Positions 20,418-29,469 of a DNA stretch of 64,000 bases are shown one piece after another. The notes under the pieces were generated by a model. The model was not told the origin of the DNA and ran no database searches. It worked only from the letters and a program-made list of their open reading frames with translations. The stretch comes from Actinomycetota bacterium. Lineage in GTDB: Bacteria; Actinomycetota; Thermoleophilia; Solirubrobacterales; 70-9. Within the stretch, counting starts at the first letter, position 1; each line of letters starts with the position of its first letter. Both the position numbers and the translations under genes were made by a program. The DNA lies in NCBI GenBank assembly GCA_005885405.1, contig VAYN01000005.1:9819-73818 (forward strand), written 5' to 3'.

Positions 20418-23048
20418 CTACTTGGCGTCGAGCCAGTCCTGGCCGACGCCGATGTCGACCTCAAGCGGCGGATCGAGCGGGTAGGCGGCGCACATCTCGC
20501 GCTCCACCAGCTCGGTCGCCGCTTCCATCTCTCCCGGCGGGCCCTCGAAGAGGAGCTCGTCGTGGATCTGAAGGACGAGCCGGGTCTCCCCCCCGGCCTC
20601 CCGCAGGGCCTTCTGGCAGCTGACCATCGCCACCTTGATGATGTCGGCGGCGGTGCCCTGGATCACGGTGTTGACGGCGAGGCGCTCGCCGAGGCGGCGG
20701 GTGTTGGGGTTGCCGGAGCGCAGCTCGGGGATCGGGCGGCGGCGGCCCATCAGCGTCTTCACATAGCCCTCCTCCTGGGCGCGCTCGATCACCTGCTCGC
20801 GGAAGGCGCGGACGGCCGGGAAGCGCTCGAGGTAGCGGGAGACGAATTCCTCCCCCTCCTTGCGCGGGATGTTGAGGCGGTCGGAGAGGCCGAACCCGGT
20901 GAGGCCGTAGACGATCCCGAAGTTGACCATCTTCGCCTTCGAGCGCTGGCCGACGTCGACTTCGTCGCGCTCGATTTCGAAAACCTCGGCGGCGGTCGCG
21001 GCGTGGACGTCTTCGCCTTTGTGGAAGACGTCTTTGAGCACGCCCTCGTCGGCAACGTGGGCGAGGACGCGGAGCTCGACCTGGCTGTAGTCGGCGGAGA
21101 GCAGGCGCGCCCCCTCCTCGGCGACGAAGCAGGCGCGGACCGGGCGGCCGATCTCGGTCCGGATCGGGATGTTCTGCAGGTTGGGATTGGTGCTGGAGAG
21201 GCGGCCGGTGGTCGTCGAGGCCTGGTTGAAGGTGGTGTGGACGCGGCCGGTCTTCGGGTCGATCAGCTCCGGCAGCGAGTCGAGGTAGGTGTTCTTCAGC
21301 TTCGTCAGCTCACGCCACTGCTCGATCTTCTCGACGATCGGGTGCTCGTCGCGGATCTGGGCGAGAACGCGGGCGTCGGTCGAGAACCCGGTTTTGCCGC
21401 GGCGCTTGCGGGTCAGCCCGAGCTTCTCAAAGAGGACGCGGCCGACCTGCTGCGGCGAGCCGATCGTGAACTCCTCCTCGGCCAGCTCGAAGATCTCGCG
21501 TTCGAGGGTGTCGATCCGCTCGCCGAAGCCGGCGCCGACCTCGGCCAGCCTTTTTGCGTCGAGCTTCAGCCCCTCGCGCTCCATCGCCGCCAGGACCCCG
21601 ACCAGCGGCAGCTCGACCTCGCGCAGCAGTTGCTCGAGCCCCAGCTCCTCGATCCGCGGCGACTGGTTGGCGGCGAGAGCGGCGACGAGCCGCGCTTCCT
21701 CGGCCGGGTCGAGGCCGGCCTCCAGCTCCTGATCGAGCGCCAGCTGCCCGTCGTCCTCCTCGGGTTTCTCGGCGGCGGCGCCCTCGGCGATCCCGATCCC
21801 GGCGTCGGCGGCGAGCTCGACCAGGTCGTAGGTGCGCCGCTGCGGCTCCAGCAGGTAGGCGGCGATCAGCGTGTCGTGGTCGAGGTTGAGCTCGACTCCC
21901 TCGCGGGCGGCGGCGGCGAGCAGGCCGTGGCGGCCGCCGCCGATCGACTTTGCGTCGTGGGCGGCGAAGGGCTTGCCGCCGAGGGCGACGGCGAGCTCGT
22001 CGAGGGTGTTGTCGCCGGCAAGAACGCGCTCGGCTTCGGCGGCCGCCCAGCGGCCGCCGGCGATCCCCAGGGCCACGGGCCCATCGCCGAGGTCCTCCGG
22101 CTTCCCCTCTTCTGCCGCGACCTCAAGCTCGGTCTCGACCCGGCGGCCCGGCACCGCGTCGCCCTCGGGCAGCGCTTCTTCTAGCCGCTCCAGCACCGCC
22201 CGCAGCTCGAACTCCCGCATGAACTCGCGCAGGGCGCCGCGGTCGGGCTCGCTCGACATCGCTTCCCCCAGGTCCACCCCGGTCTCGATGTCGTACTGCA
22301 GCGTCGCCAGCTGCTTCGACATGCGCGCGTCGTCGGCGTGCTCGACCAGATTTTCCTTGCGTTTTTTGCCCGAGATCTCGTCGACGCTTTCCAGCACCGC
22401 ATCCAGCGAGCCGAACTGCTGCAGCAGCTGGGTCGCGGTTTTCTCGCCGATCCCGGGGACGCCGGGGATGTTGTCGGAGGTGTCGCCGCGCAGCCCCATC
22501 AGGTCGGTGATCAGCTCCGGCGGCACGCCGTAGCGCTCCTCGACGGCGGCGCGGTCGTAGATCTTCGTCTCGGTGATCCCGCGCGAGGTGCTCATCACCC
22601 GCACCCCCTCGTCAACCAGCTGGTAGGCGTCGCGATCGCCGGTCACCACCATCACCTCGATCCCCTGCTCGCGCGCCTGCTTGACCAGCGAGGCGATCAC
22701 GTCGTCGGCCTCGTAGCCGTCGACCTTGACGTTGGTGTAGCCGAAGGCCTCGACCAGCGGCATCAGGTGCGGCCACTGCTCGCGCAGCAGGTCGGGACGC
22801 GGTTTGCGCTGGGCCTTGTAGAGGTCGTAGGTGACCTCGCGGCCGCTGTAACCAGCGTCCCAGGCGACGACATCCCCCTGCGGATGGTGTTCGTCGATGA
22901 TTTTCACCAGCATCGAGGCGAGCCCGTAGATGGCATTCGTCGGCCGCCCATCGCTCGTCCCGATCGACTCGGGCAGGGCAAAGAAGGCGCGGTAAGCGAG
23001 GCTGTTGCCGTCGATCAGGAAGAGCTGTGGCGCGGCGGCGTCAGGCAC
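20418..23048 (-). CDS. polA: DNA polymerase I
   Basis: 5'-nuclease N-terminus (LFLIDGNSLAYRAFFAL), pol motif A (LLSADYSQVELRVLAH) and motif B (RSKAKMVNFGIVYG), and QIHDELLFE. The start was placed at GTG 23048 (MPDAAAPQLFLIDG); the track ORF extends to 23111. Confidence 0.95.
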   Translation of the reverse strand: MPDAAAPQLFLIDGNSLAYRAFFALPESIGTSDGRPTNAIYGLASMLVKIIDEHHPQGDVVAWDAGYSGREVTYDLYKAQRKPRPDLLREQWPHLMPLVEAFGYTNVKVDGYEADDVIASLVKQAREQGIEVMVVTGDRDAYQLVDEGVRVMSTSRGITETKIYDRAAVEERYGVPPELITDLMGLRGDTSDNIPGVPGIGEKTATQLLQQFGSLDAVLESVDEISGKKRKENLVEHADDARMSKQLATLQYDIETGVDLGEAMSSEPDRGALREFMREFELRAVLERLEEALPEGDAVPGRRVETELEVAAEEGKPEDLGDGPVALGIAGGRWAAAEAERVLAGDNTLDELAVALGGKPFAAHDAKSIGGGRHGLLAAAAREGVELNLDHDTLIAAYLLEPQRRTYDLVELAADAGIGIAEGAAAEKPEEDDGQLALDQELEAGLDPAEEARLVAALAANQSPRIEELGLEQLLREVELPLVGVLAAMEREGLKLDAKRLAEVGAGFGERIDTLEREIFELAEEEFTIGSPQQVGRVLFEKLGLTRKRRGKTGFSTDARVLAQIRDEHPIVEKIEQWRELTKLKNTYLDSLPELIDPKTGRVHTTFNQASTTTGRLSSTNPNLQNIPIRTEIGRPVRACFVAEEGARLLSADYSQVELRVLAHVADEGVLKDVFHKGEDVHAATAAEVFEIERDEVDVGQRSKAKMVNFGIVYGLTGFGLSDRLNIPRKEGEEFVSRYLERFPAVRAFREQVIERAQEEGYVKTLMGRRRPIPELRSGNPNTRRLGERLAVNTVIQGTAADIIKVAMVSCQKALREAGGETRLVLQIHDELLFEGPPGEMEAATELVEREMCAAYPLDPPLEVDIGVGQDWLDAK

Positions 23049-23058
23049 GGGGGCGACT

Positions 23059-23979
23059 CTAGCCGCGCGAGGCGCCGGACACCGCCAGCGCCACCGCAAT
23101 GTCCGCAGCAACCCGATCCGGCTCGCTCTCCAGCTGCGTGTCGTCGTAGCGGAGAGCGGTGTAGCCGGCAGAGCGGAGGTCGAGGTCGCGGGCGTGGTCG
23201 TCTTGGAAGGCGACGGAGCCGCGGTGGTAGGTCCAGAAGTCGGTCTCGACTACGACTCTCTGGTCACGCCAGAGGAAATCCACGGTCCAGCGGCCCAGCT
23301 TGACGTTGACCTCCGGGTGCGGGAGGCCGTAGCGGTGGACGATGTCGAGGAAGAGGGTCTCGAGGTCTGAGCGGGTGCGGTCGGTGGCCAGGTGCTCGAG
23401 GCGGTAGCCCTTGAGCTCGGCCTGGCGGGTGGCGCGACGGAGGAGGTGGGGCTCGAGGAATGAGGTGCTTCGGAGATCTTCGAGGGTGCGGGCGACGGTC
23501 GTGACCGGGATGTTGTGGCGGTGGGTGACTAGGAGCCTTCCCCGTCGCCCTCCTTCTTGCTGCGAGTAGGAGGGCGACGGGGAAGGCTCTGGGTGCGGAT
23601 TGAGGGAGGGGGTGCGATGAAGGTGGATGCCGGGCCGGCGGGAGCGACCCGAGGCGGATGGGACGGAAATGTGGACGGGGCCGTCGATCGGCTTCAGGAG
23701 CTCCCAGAGGACCGCGGCGGAGACGTGGCTCAAGACGGCGCCTGGGCCGCAGGCGAGCACCGCCGCCATGAAGCGCCCGTGGAGGCTCAGGCCGCGGTGC
23801 CCGACGGCGTAGACGCCGCGGTAAATGCGATGGAGGCGCCCGTTTCGCGAGCGTTCCGAGATCGCCATCCGTCCCATTCCCACGGCCGCTAGCTGCTTCG
23901 CCGTCACTACCCCGTGCTGTCCAGCGGCGATCCGAGAAACCTCGGCATCGGGCGTGTCGACTTTGTAAGGCATAGCCAT
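23059..23979 (-). CDS. AbiEi_4-like N-terminal domain plus DUF559 (Vsr-like endonuclease fold) protein
   Basis: The N-terminus (GVVTAKQLAAVGMGRMAISERSRNGRLHRIYRGVYAV) and the C-terminus (LPHPEVNVKLGRWTVDFLWRDQRVVVETDFWTYH) match the widespread actinobacterial DUF559 family. It carries an in-frame hairpin insertion at 23533..23589. Confidence 0.75.
   Translation of the reverse strand: MAMPYKVDTPDAEVSRIAAGQHGVVTAKQLAAVGMGRMAISERSRNGRLHRIYRGVYAVGHRGLSLHGRFMAAVLACGPGAVLSHVSAAVLWELLKPIDGPVHISVPSASGRSRRPGIHLHRTPSLNPHPEPSPSPSYSQQEGGRRGRLLVTHRHNIPVTTVARTLEDLRSTSFLEPHLLRRATRQAELKGYRLEHLATDRTRSDLETLFLDIVHRYGLPHPEVNVKLGRWTVDFLWRDQRVVVETDFWTYHRGSVAFQDDHARDLDLRSAGYTALRYDDTQLESEPDRVAADIAVALAVSGASRG
23533..23589. 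repeat. perfect 22-bp-stem / 13-nt-loop palindrome inside the DUF559 coding sequence
   Basis: gagccttccccgtcgccctcct-tcttgctgcgagt-aggagggcgacggggaaggctc. It is 57 nt, a multiple of 3, and the ORF stays open. It encodes roughly PSPSPSYSQQEGGRRGR. Confidence 0.85.
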
Positions 23980-24012
23980 ACAAAGTCGACAGGGACCCTG
24001 GGTTCTCCCCCC

Positions 24013-24903
24013 TTACTTGTCTTCGGTGCGGCTCGCGTGCCAGAGAGCGGCTTTGAAATGGCCACCGGCCATGGGGACGTTTGCGCGGCCGGGGAAGTCG
24101 AGGAGGAGGCTGCCGGACCATTGGTTGCGCGGCTTTGCGTCGCGGTGGAAGGTGGCGAGGCCGGAAAACGGGGCCGGCGGGGCCAGGACGGCCGATCGCA
24201 ATTTGGCGTCGAAGTCGAAGGAGTTGCCGCGATAGCGGTAGACGACTTCGCGGGAGACGACCAAGCGATGGTGCTGCTCCACGGTCGACGCCTCGACACG
24301 AACCGGTCCACCGGGCCGGTTCTGGTTCACCTGGAGGAAACGGGACTCCTTCTCCATTGGCGCTCGAGCGATGAGACGGGCTCCCGGTATCCCCTTCCCG
24401 GTGGCTTCGCCGATTCCAACACCCCCGCAGACGAGGTGGAGGAACGGCGAGGCGCTCGCTTTAACGCTGCTCGCCTCGGCATGGGTGAAGCCTTCCTCGC
24501 CAGTCAGATCGACCGTCCCGATCCAGGATCCCGGCTGGACATCGACTGACCCTCCGCCGCCGGCGCAGTTGGAGCGGATGGTTTCCGGCTCGCCTTCGGG
24601 CTGGAAGGCGACCGAGATCCTCCCCAGCGGGCCTAGGTCGGCGTCGATCGTCGTCCCGGTCACGTTCGCCGGCGCGATATAGATGACCGCCGCGTTTCGG
24701 CTGGTCACATAGACGTACACCGCGCCGTGCTCGAAGATCGACTTCGAAGTCCCCAGCACCTGCACCTCGTATCCGTGGGTTCCCTGGAGGCGAAAGAAGG
24801 GGAAGGCAACCGCCTCCTCTTCACCCGCGGCCGATGCCGCCGGCGCGAGAACCGCGGCGGTAAGTGCCGCCAAGCAGAGGAATTGGATTGCCCGCAGCCG
24901 CAT
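24013..24903 (-). CDS. secreted hypothetical protein
   Basis: 296 aa with a Sec-type signal peptide (MRLRAIQFLCLAALTAAVLAPAASA-AG). I recognise no family or motif. Confidence 0.6.
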   Translation of the reverse strand: MRLRAIQFLCLAALTAAVLAPAASAAGEEEAVAFPFFRLQGTHGYEVQVLGTSKSIFEHGAVYVYVTSRNAAVIYIAPANVTGTTIDADLGPLGRISVAFQPEGEPETIRSNCAGGGGSVDVQPGSWIGTVDLTGEEGFTHAEASSVKASASPFLHLVCGGVGIGEATGKGIPGARLIARAPMEKESRFLQVNQNRPGGPVRVEASTVEQHHRLVVSREVVYRYRGNSFDFDAKLRSAVLAPPAPFSGLATFHRDAKPRNQWSGSLLLDFPGRANVPMAGGHFKAALWHASRTEDK

Positions 24904-24969
24904 CGAGCAAAGATCCTATGGGCGACCGGCGACCGAGCCCGCATCGCGAATCTGATTCGATAGCCGCCG

Positions 24970-26427
24970 ATGGCAGTCAGCGCTCAATACAGCGTCACGA
25001 TCCGGGTCGAGCTCGATGCGCGCAAGGAGCCCCTGGGGCGCCTGACTGCGGCGATCGCCGAGGCTGGCGGCCAGCTGCAGGGCGTCGATCTCGTTCCCGG
25101 CGCCGGGCCGGAGGGCAAACGGGTTCGCGAGTTCACGATCGATGCCACCGACCGGGACCACTGGGAGCGGATCCTGCGGGCGATCGGGTCGACTCGAGGG
25201 GCGCGGGTGCTCGACTACGTCGACCGGACGATGCAGATGCACCGGGGCGGCAAGATCGACATGCGCAACAAGTACCCAGTGAAAACGCGCGACGACCTCT
25301 CGATGGCCTACACGCCCGGCGTCGCCCGCGTCTGCATGGACATCCACGCCGACCGCAGCAAAGCCTTCGAGTACACGATCAAGAAGAACACGGTCGCGGT
25401 CGTCTCCGACGGCAGCGCCGTCCTCGGCCTCGGCAACATCGGCCCCGAGGCGGCGATGCCGGTGATGGAGGGCAAGTGCATGCTCTTCAAAGAGTTCGCC
25501 GGCGTCGACGCCTTCCCGATCTGCCTCGACACCCAGGACGCCGACGAGATCGTCCGCGCGGTCGAGCTGATGGCGCCGACCTTCGGCGGCATCAACCTCG
25601 AGGACATCTCCGCCCCGCGCTGCTTCGAGATCGAGGACCGGCTCAAGGAGAGCATCGACATCCCCGTTTTCCACGACGACCAGCACGGGACCGCCGTGGT
25701 GACGATGGCGGCGCTCTTCAACGCGCTGAAGATCACCGGCAAACCGATCGAGGAGCTGCGCGTCCTGGTGGTAGGCCTCGGCGCCGCCGGGGTAGCGGTG
25801 ACGAAGATGATGCTCGCCTCCGGGATCACCCAGATCGTCGGCTGCGACCGCAAGGGCGCGGTCTCGACCAAGCGCGAGGACTACGAATCCGGCGAGATGA
25901 ACGAGGCCAAGCGCTGGTACGCGGAGACGACGAACCCGGACGTGATCCAGGGCGATCCCGACGACGTAATCGAGGGCATGGACATCTTCGTCGGCCTTTC
26001 CGGCCCCGGGATCATCCAGCCCGAGTCCCTCGGCAAGATGAACGACGACGCAATCGTCTTCGCGATGGCCAACCCGACTCCAGAGGTGATGCCCGAGGAG
26101 GCGGCTCCCTATGTGCGGATCATGGCCACCGGGCGCTCGGACTTCCCGAACCAGATCAACAACGTGCTCGCCTTCCCCGGCATCTTCCGCGGCGCGCTGG
26201 ACGCCGGCGCCCCCAGCATCACCGAGGAGATGAAGCTAGCCGCCGCCAAGGGGATCGCGATGGCGGTCTCCGAGGAGGATCTGGCCGAGGACTACATCAT
26301 CCCCAGCGTCTTCAACCGCGACGTGGCGCCGAAGGTCGCCGAATCGGTGGTCGAAGAGGCAAAGCGCGACGGCATCGCCCGGATCGACGAGGAGACCGGG
26401 ACCTTCGCCACGGTGGAGGCGAGCTAG
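24970..26427 (+). CDS. NAD(P)-dependent malic enzyme with N-terminal ACT-like domain
   Basis: Malic-enzyme motifs (YTPGVARVC, FHDDQHGTA, GLGAAGVA, ANPTPE) preceded by an ACT-like domain of about 70 aa. Confidence 0.9.
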   Translation: MAVSAQYSVTIRVELDARKEPLGRLTAAIAEAGGQLQGVDLVPGAGPEGKRVREFTIDATDRDHWERILRAIGSTRGARVLDYVDRTMQMHRGGKIDMRNKYPVKTRDDLSMAYTPGVARVCMDIHADRSKAFEYTIKKNTVAVVSDGSAVLGLGNIGPEAAMPVMEGKCMLFKEFAGVDAFPICLDTQDADEIVRAVELMAPTFGGINLEDISAPRCFEIEDRLKESIDIPVFHDDQHGTAVVTMAALFNALKITGKPIEELRVLVVGLGAAGVAVTKMMLASGITQIVGCDRKGAVSTKREDYESGEMNEAKRWYAETTNPDVIQGDPDDVIEGMDIFVGLSGPGIIQPESLGKMNDDAIVFAMANPTPEVMPEEAAPYVRIMATGRSDFPNQINNVLAFPGIFRGALDAGAPSITEEMKLAAAKGIAMAVSEEDLAEDYIIPSVFNRDVAPKVAESVVEEAKRDGIARIDEETGTFATVEAS

Positions 26428-26430
26428 CCC

Positions 26431-27336
26431 TTGAAGGTCCTCGTCACCGGCGCCAGCGGCCTGATCGGCTCGGCTCTGTGTGACGCGCTGTTCGCCCGCG
26501 GCGACGACGTCGTCGGCCTCACCCGCGACACAGGCCGCGCCCGCATCGCCAACCCCCGCGTCACCTGGCACAAATGGGACCCGACGCTGGAACGGCCCGA
26601 CCCGAGCGCCTTCGAGGGCGTCGACGGCGTCGTCCACCTGCTCGGCGAGCCGATCGACCAGAAATGGACCGACGAGGCGAAGGAGCGGATCATGGAGAGC
26701 CGCCGCCAGGGGACCCACAACCTGGTGCAGACGGTCGCCGCGCTCGAGACCCCGCCAAAGGTCATGGTCAGCCAGTCAGGGGTGGGTCACTACGGCGACC
26801 GCGGCGACGACGTCGTCGACGAGAGCGACGGCCCCGGGGACAGCTTCGACGCCCAGGTGACGGTCGCCTGGGAGGCTGCGGCGCACGAGCTCGACTCCAG
26901 CGATGTCCGCCTAGTGGTCGTCCGCACCGGCCAGGTGCTGGCCCGTAGCGGCGGCATGCTGAAGGAGATGCTGCCGCCGTTCAAGCTCGGCGTCGGCGGC
27001 CCGCTCGCGGGCGGCGATCAATACCTCTCCTGGATCCACATCGACGACGAGGTCGGGATCCTGCTCTGGGCGCTGGACAACGAGAACGTCAGCGGCACCG
27101 TCAACGCCAGCGCCCCGAACCCGGCGACCAACAAGGAGTTCTCGAAGGCGCTGGGCCGGGCCCTCAACCGCCCGGCGGTGATGCCGGTGCCGGGGCTCGT
27201 CCTCGACCTCAAATTCGGCAAAGAGTTCGGCCAGGTCCTCCGCGGCGGACAGCGGGCGATCCCGAAGCGGACCCAGGAGCTCGGCTACTCCTTCAAGTAC
27301 CCAGACCTCGACGAGGCCCTGAAGAGCGTCGTCTAG
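26431..27336 (+). CDS. TIGR01777-type NAD-dependent epimerase-family protein (SDR39U1/YfcH-like)
   Basis: TTG start, Rossmann motif KVLVTGASGLIGSAL, and a C-terminal DUF1731-like end (GQRAIPKRTQELGYSFKYPDLDEAL). Confidence 0.85.
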   Translation: MKVLVTGASGLIGSALCDALFARGDDVVGLTRDTGRARIANPRVTWHKWDPTLERPDPSAFEGVDGVVHLLGEPIDQKWTDEAKERIMESRRQGTHNLVQTVAALETPPKVMVSQSGVGHYGDRGDDVVDESDGPGDSFDAQVTVAWEAAAHELDSSDVRLVVVRTGQVLARSGGMLKEMLPPFKLGVGGPLAGGDQYLSWIHIDDEVGILLWALDNENVSGTVNASAPNPATNKEFSKALGRALNRPAVMPVPGLVLDLKFGKEFGQVLRGGQRAIPKRTQELGYSFKYPDLDEALKSVV

Positions 27337-28371
27337 CCGACGCCCCTCGATCCAGATCCGCACGTTGTCCCCCGGGTGCCAGGCCGGGAAGCCGAGGCGG
27401 CGGACCTTGACGATGCTGCCCGAGGGCAGCCGCAGTTCGACCAGCTGGTCGTGGCCGAAGAAGCTGCGGGAGACGACGGTTGCCTTCTGGCTGCGCCGGT
27501 CGGGCGGCTCGATCGTCCCGATCGCCAGCGACTCCGGCCGCACTAGGACGTCGACCTCGCCGCTGTGGCCCTCGCGGTTCGGCAGCTGACCGAGCTCGCA
27601 CTCGATTTTGCCGTCCGTTGCCCTACCCGGCAAGACCTCGATCTCGCCGAGGAAGCTGGCAACCCAGCGGGTGGTCGGGCGCGAGTAGACGTCCTCCGGC
27701 GTGCCGACCTGCTCGACCTTGCCCTCGTTGACGACGGCGACGACGTCGGCGACGCTCAGCGCCTCCTCCTGATCGTGGGTGACGAAGACCGAGGTCAGCT
27801 TCTGCTCGGCGAGGATCTCGCGGACCTCTTCGCGTACCCGCGCCCGCAACCCCGCGTCGAGGTTGGAGAAGGGCTCGTCGAGGAGGAGCGCCCGCGGCTC
27901 GGCGACCAGCGCTCGCGCCAGCGCCACCCGCTGCTGCTGGCCGCCGGAGAGCTCGTGCGGGTTGCGCTTGCCGAGGCCGCCGAGGCCGACCGTCTCCAGC
28001 GCCCCCTCGACCTTGGCGCGGTCTGGCCTGCGGCCGAGCGCGTAGCCGACGTTGGCGGCGACGTCCATGTGCGGGAAGAGCGCGTAGTCCTGGAAGACCA
28101 TGCCGATCCGACGCCGCTCCGCCGGGACCGAGCGGCCGCTGCCGCTGACCGCCTCGCCGCCGATCTCGATCATCCCGGCGTCCGGCTGCTCGAGCCCGGC
28201 GATCAACCGCAGCGTCGTCGTCTTGCCGCAGCCGCTGGGGCCGAGCAAGGCGCAGATCGCGCCCTCGGGAACGTCGAGGTCAAGGCCGTCGACGGCGACG
28301 ACGTCGCCGAAGGCTTTGCGCAGGCCGCGCAGGCGCAGCCCGGGGGTTGAATTGGACTCTTCGTACTCCAT
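26911..28371 (-). CDS. iron(III)/polyamine-type ABC transporter ATP-binding protein (FbpC-like); recognisable protein ends near 27340 and the ORF lacks a stop until 26911
   Basis: Walker A GPSGCGKTT, LSGGQQQR, LLLDEPFSNLD, and a TOBE-like C-terminus ending ...GDNVRIWIEG. The last roughly 140 codons are antisense to the convergent epimerase gene. Confidence 0.85.
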   Translation of the reverse strand: MEYEESNSTPGLRLRGLRKAFGDVVAVDGLDLDVPEGAICALLGPSGCGKTTTLRLIAGLEQPDAGMIEIGGEAVSGSGRSVPAERRRIGMVFQDYALFPHMDVAANVGYALGRRPDRAKVEGALETVGLGGLGKRNPHELSGGQQQRVALARALVAEPRALLLDEPFSNLDAGLRARVREEVREILAEQKLTSVFVTHDQEEALSVADVVAVVNEGKVEQVGTPEDVYSRPTTRWVASFLGEIEVLPGRATDGKIECELGQLPNREGHSGEVDVLVRPESLAIGTIEPPDRRSQKATVVSRSFFGHDQLVELRLPSGSIVKVRRLGFPAWHPGDNVRIWIEGRRLDDALQGLVEVWVLEGVAELLGPLRDRPLSAAEDLAELFAEFEVEDEPRHRHHRRAVEGPAQRLRELLVGRRVRGAGVDGAADVLVVQRPEQDPDLVVDVDPGEVLIAARERAADAELERRQHLLQHAAATGQHLAGADDH

Positions 28372-28386
28372 GAGCAGAGGAATCCA

Positions 28387-28405
28387 TAAGATTAGGGCAA
28401 CCTAA
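28387..28405. promoter_or_regulatory. IdeR/DtxR-type iron box candidate in the divergent fbpC / fbpAB promoter region
   Basis: TAAGATTAGGGCAACCTAA matches 16 of 19 positions of TWAGGTWAGSCTWACCTWA by manual alignment on either strand. It sits in the 45-nt gap between the two start codons. Confidence 0.5.
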
Positions 28406-28416
28406 CTGGCTCCTCC

Positions 28417-29469
28417 ATGATCTCCGTCACCCCGCAACAGAAGCGGCTGTTCGCCGCCTTAGTCGTCTTCGCCGCTTTGGTGCTGGCCGGCTGCGGCTTC
28501 AGCACCGAAGACAACGGCGGCGGCTCGAACGATCCCGGCACTGAGGGCATCACTCTCTACTCGGGCCGCATCCCGGCCGCGATCGGCCCCGCCGTCGACA
28601 GCTACGAGAAGCAGGCCGACCGCGATGTCCAGGTCCGCTTCGCCGAAACCGCCGACCTCGCCGCGACCCTGGTCGAGGAGGGGGACGCCTCCCCCGCCGA
28701 CGTCTTCTTCGCCCAGGAGCCGGGAGCGATCGCCGCCGTCGCCGAAGCCGGGCTGCTGACGAAGCTGCCGCAGAACATCCTCGACCAGGTGCCGGCGCGC
28801 TACCGCGACCCGGAAGGTCGCTGGGTGGGCGTCACCGGCCGCGCCCGCGTGATCGCCTACAACCGCGACGCCGTCTCCGAATCCGAACTGCCGCCCTCGC
28901 CATTCGGTCTCACCGACCCGAAGTGGAAGGACCGGGTCGGCTGGAGCCCCGCCTCTTCGAGCATGCAGGAGTACGTGACCGCGCTGCGCGCGAAATATGG
29001 CGACGACCGGACCAAGCAGTGGCTGGAAGAAATGGTCGACAACGGCGCCGTCGCCTTCCCCGACAACGTGACGATCCGTGATGCGATCGCCAAAGGCGAA
29101 ATCGACGTCGGCCTGATCAACCACTACTACGTCGCCCAGGCGATCTCCGAAGAAGGGCCCGACTACCCCGTCGCCGTCTACTTCCCGCCCGGCGGGCTCG
29201 GCTCGTTGATGCTGCTGACCAGCGTCGGCGTGCTCGAATCGAGCGACCGCAAGCCGGAAGCGTTCGCCTTCGTCCGCTCGCTGCTCTCGCCGAAGTCGCA
29301 GCAGTTCTTCACCTCGAGCAGCAAGGAGTACCCGCTCGCCAAGGGAGTGGCGCCGGACCCCTCGCTGAACGTGCCGATCGACAAGATCCCCGTCTCCGAC
29401 TCGAGCCTGGTCGACCTCAAGGAGCTGCAGGGGACGATCGAACTGATGAAAGAAGCGGGGGCGCTCTAG
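28417..29469 (+). CDS. iron(III) ABC transporter substrate-binding lipoprotein (FbpA/AfuA-like)
   Basis: Lipobox LVLAGCGFS and a PBP2 iron-binding family pattern (ADVFFAQEPGA...INHYY). Confidence 0.85.
   Translation: MISVTPQQKRLFAALVVFAALVLAGCGFSTEDNGGGSNDPGTEGITLYSGRIPAAIGPAVDSYEKQADRDVQVRFAETADLAATLVEEGDASPADVFFAQEPGAIAAVAEAGLLTKLPQNILDQVPARYRDPEGRWVGVTGRARVIAYNRDAVSESELPPSPFGLTDPKWKDRVGWSPASSSMQEYVTALRAKYGDDRTKQWLEEMVDNGAVAFPDNVTIRDAIAKGEIDVGLINHYYVAQAISEEGPDYPVAVYFPPGGLGSLMLLTSVGVLESSDRKPEAFAFVRSLLSPKSQQFFTSSSKEYPLAKGVAPDPSLNVPIDKIPVSDSSLVDLKELQGTIELMKEAGAL

Noticed and set aside
23590-23602. A 10-mer, gggtgcggat, flanking the DUF559 hairpin that is identical to part of the stem of the 61525..61582 hairpin. 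This raised the possibility of a nested or composite element.
   Set aside because: A single 10-nt GC-rich match is within chance expectation for both strands of this window, and the opposite flank shows no matching arm.
24947-24959. A 6-1-6 palindrome, CGAATCtGATTCG, 12 nt upstream of the malic-enzyme start, considered as an operator.
   Set aside because: Six-bp-arm palindromes are expected many times by chance in 64 kb, and nothing else supports it.
26911-27336. The C-terminal extension of about 140 aa on the FbpC-like ATPase, considered as a genuine extra domain.
   Set aside because: It is exactly antisense to a well-supported gene, has no recognisable motif, and disappears with a 1-nt change in a G-run. 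I treated it as stop-codon loss or an indel rather than a domain.
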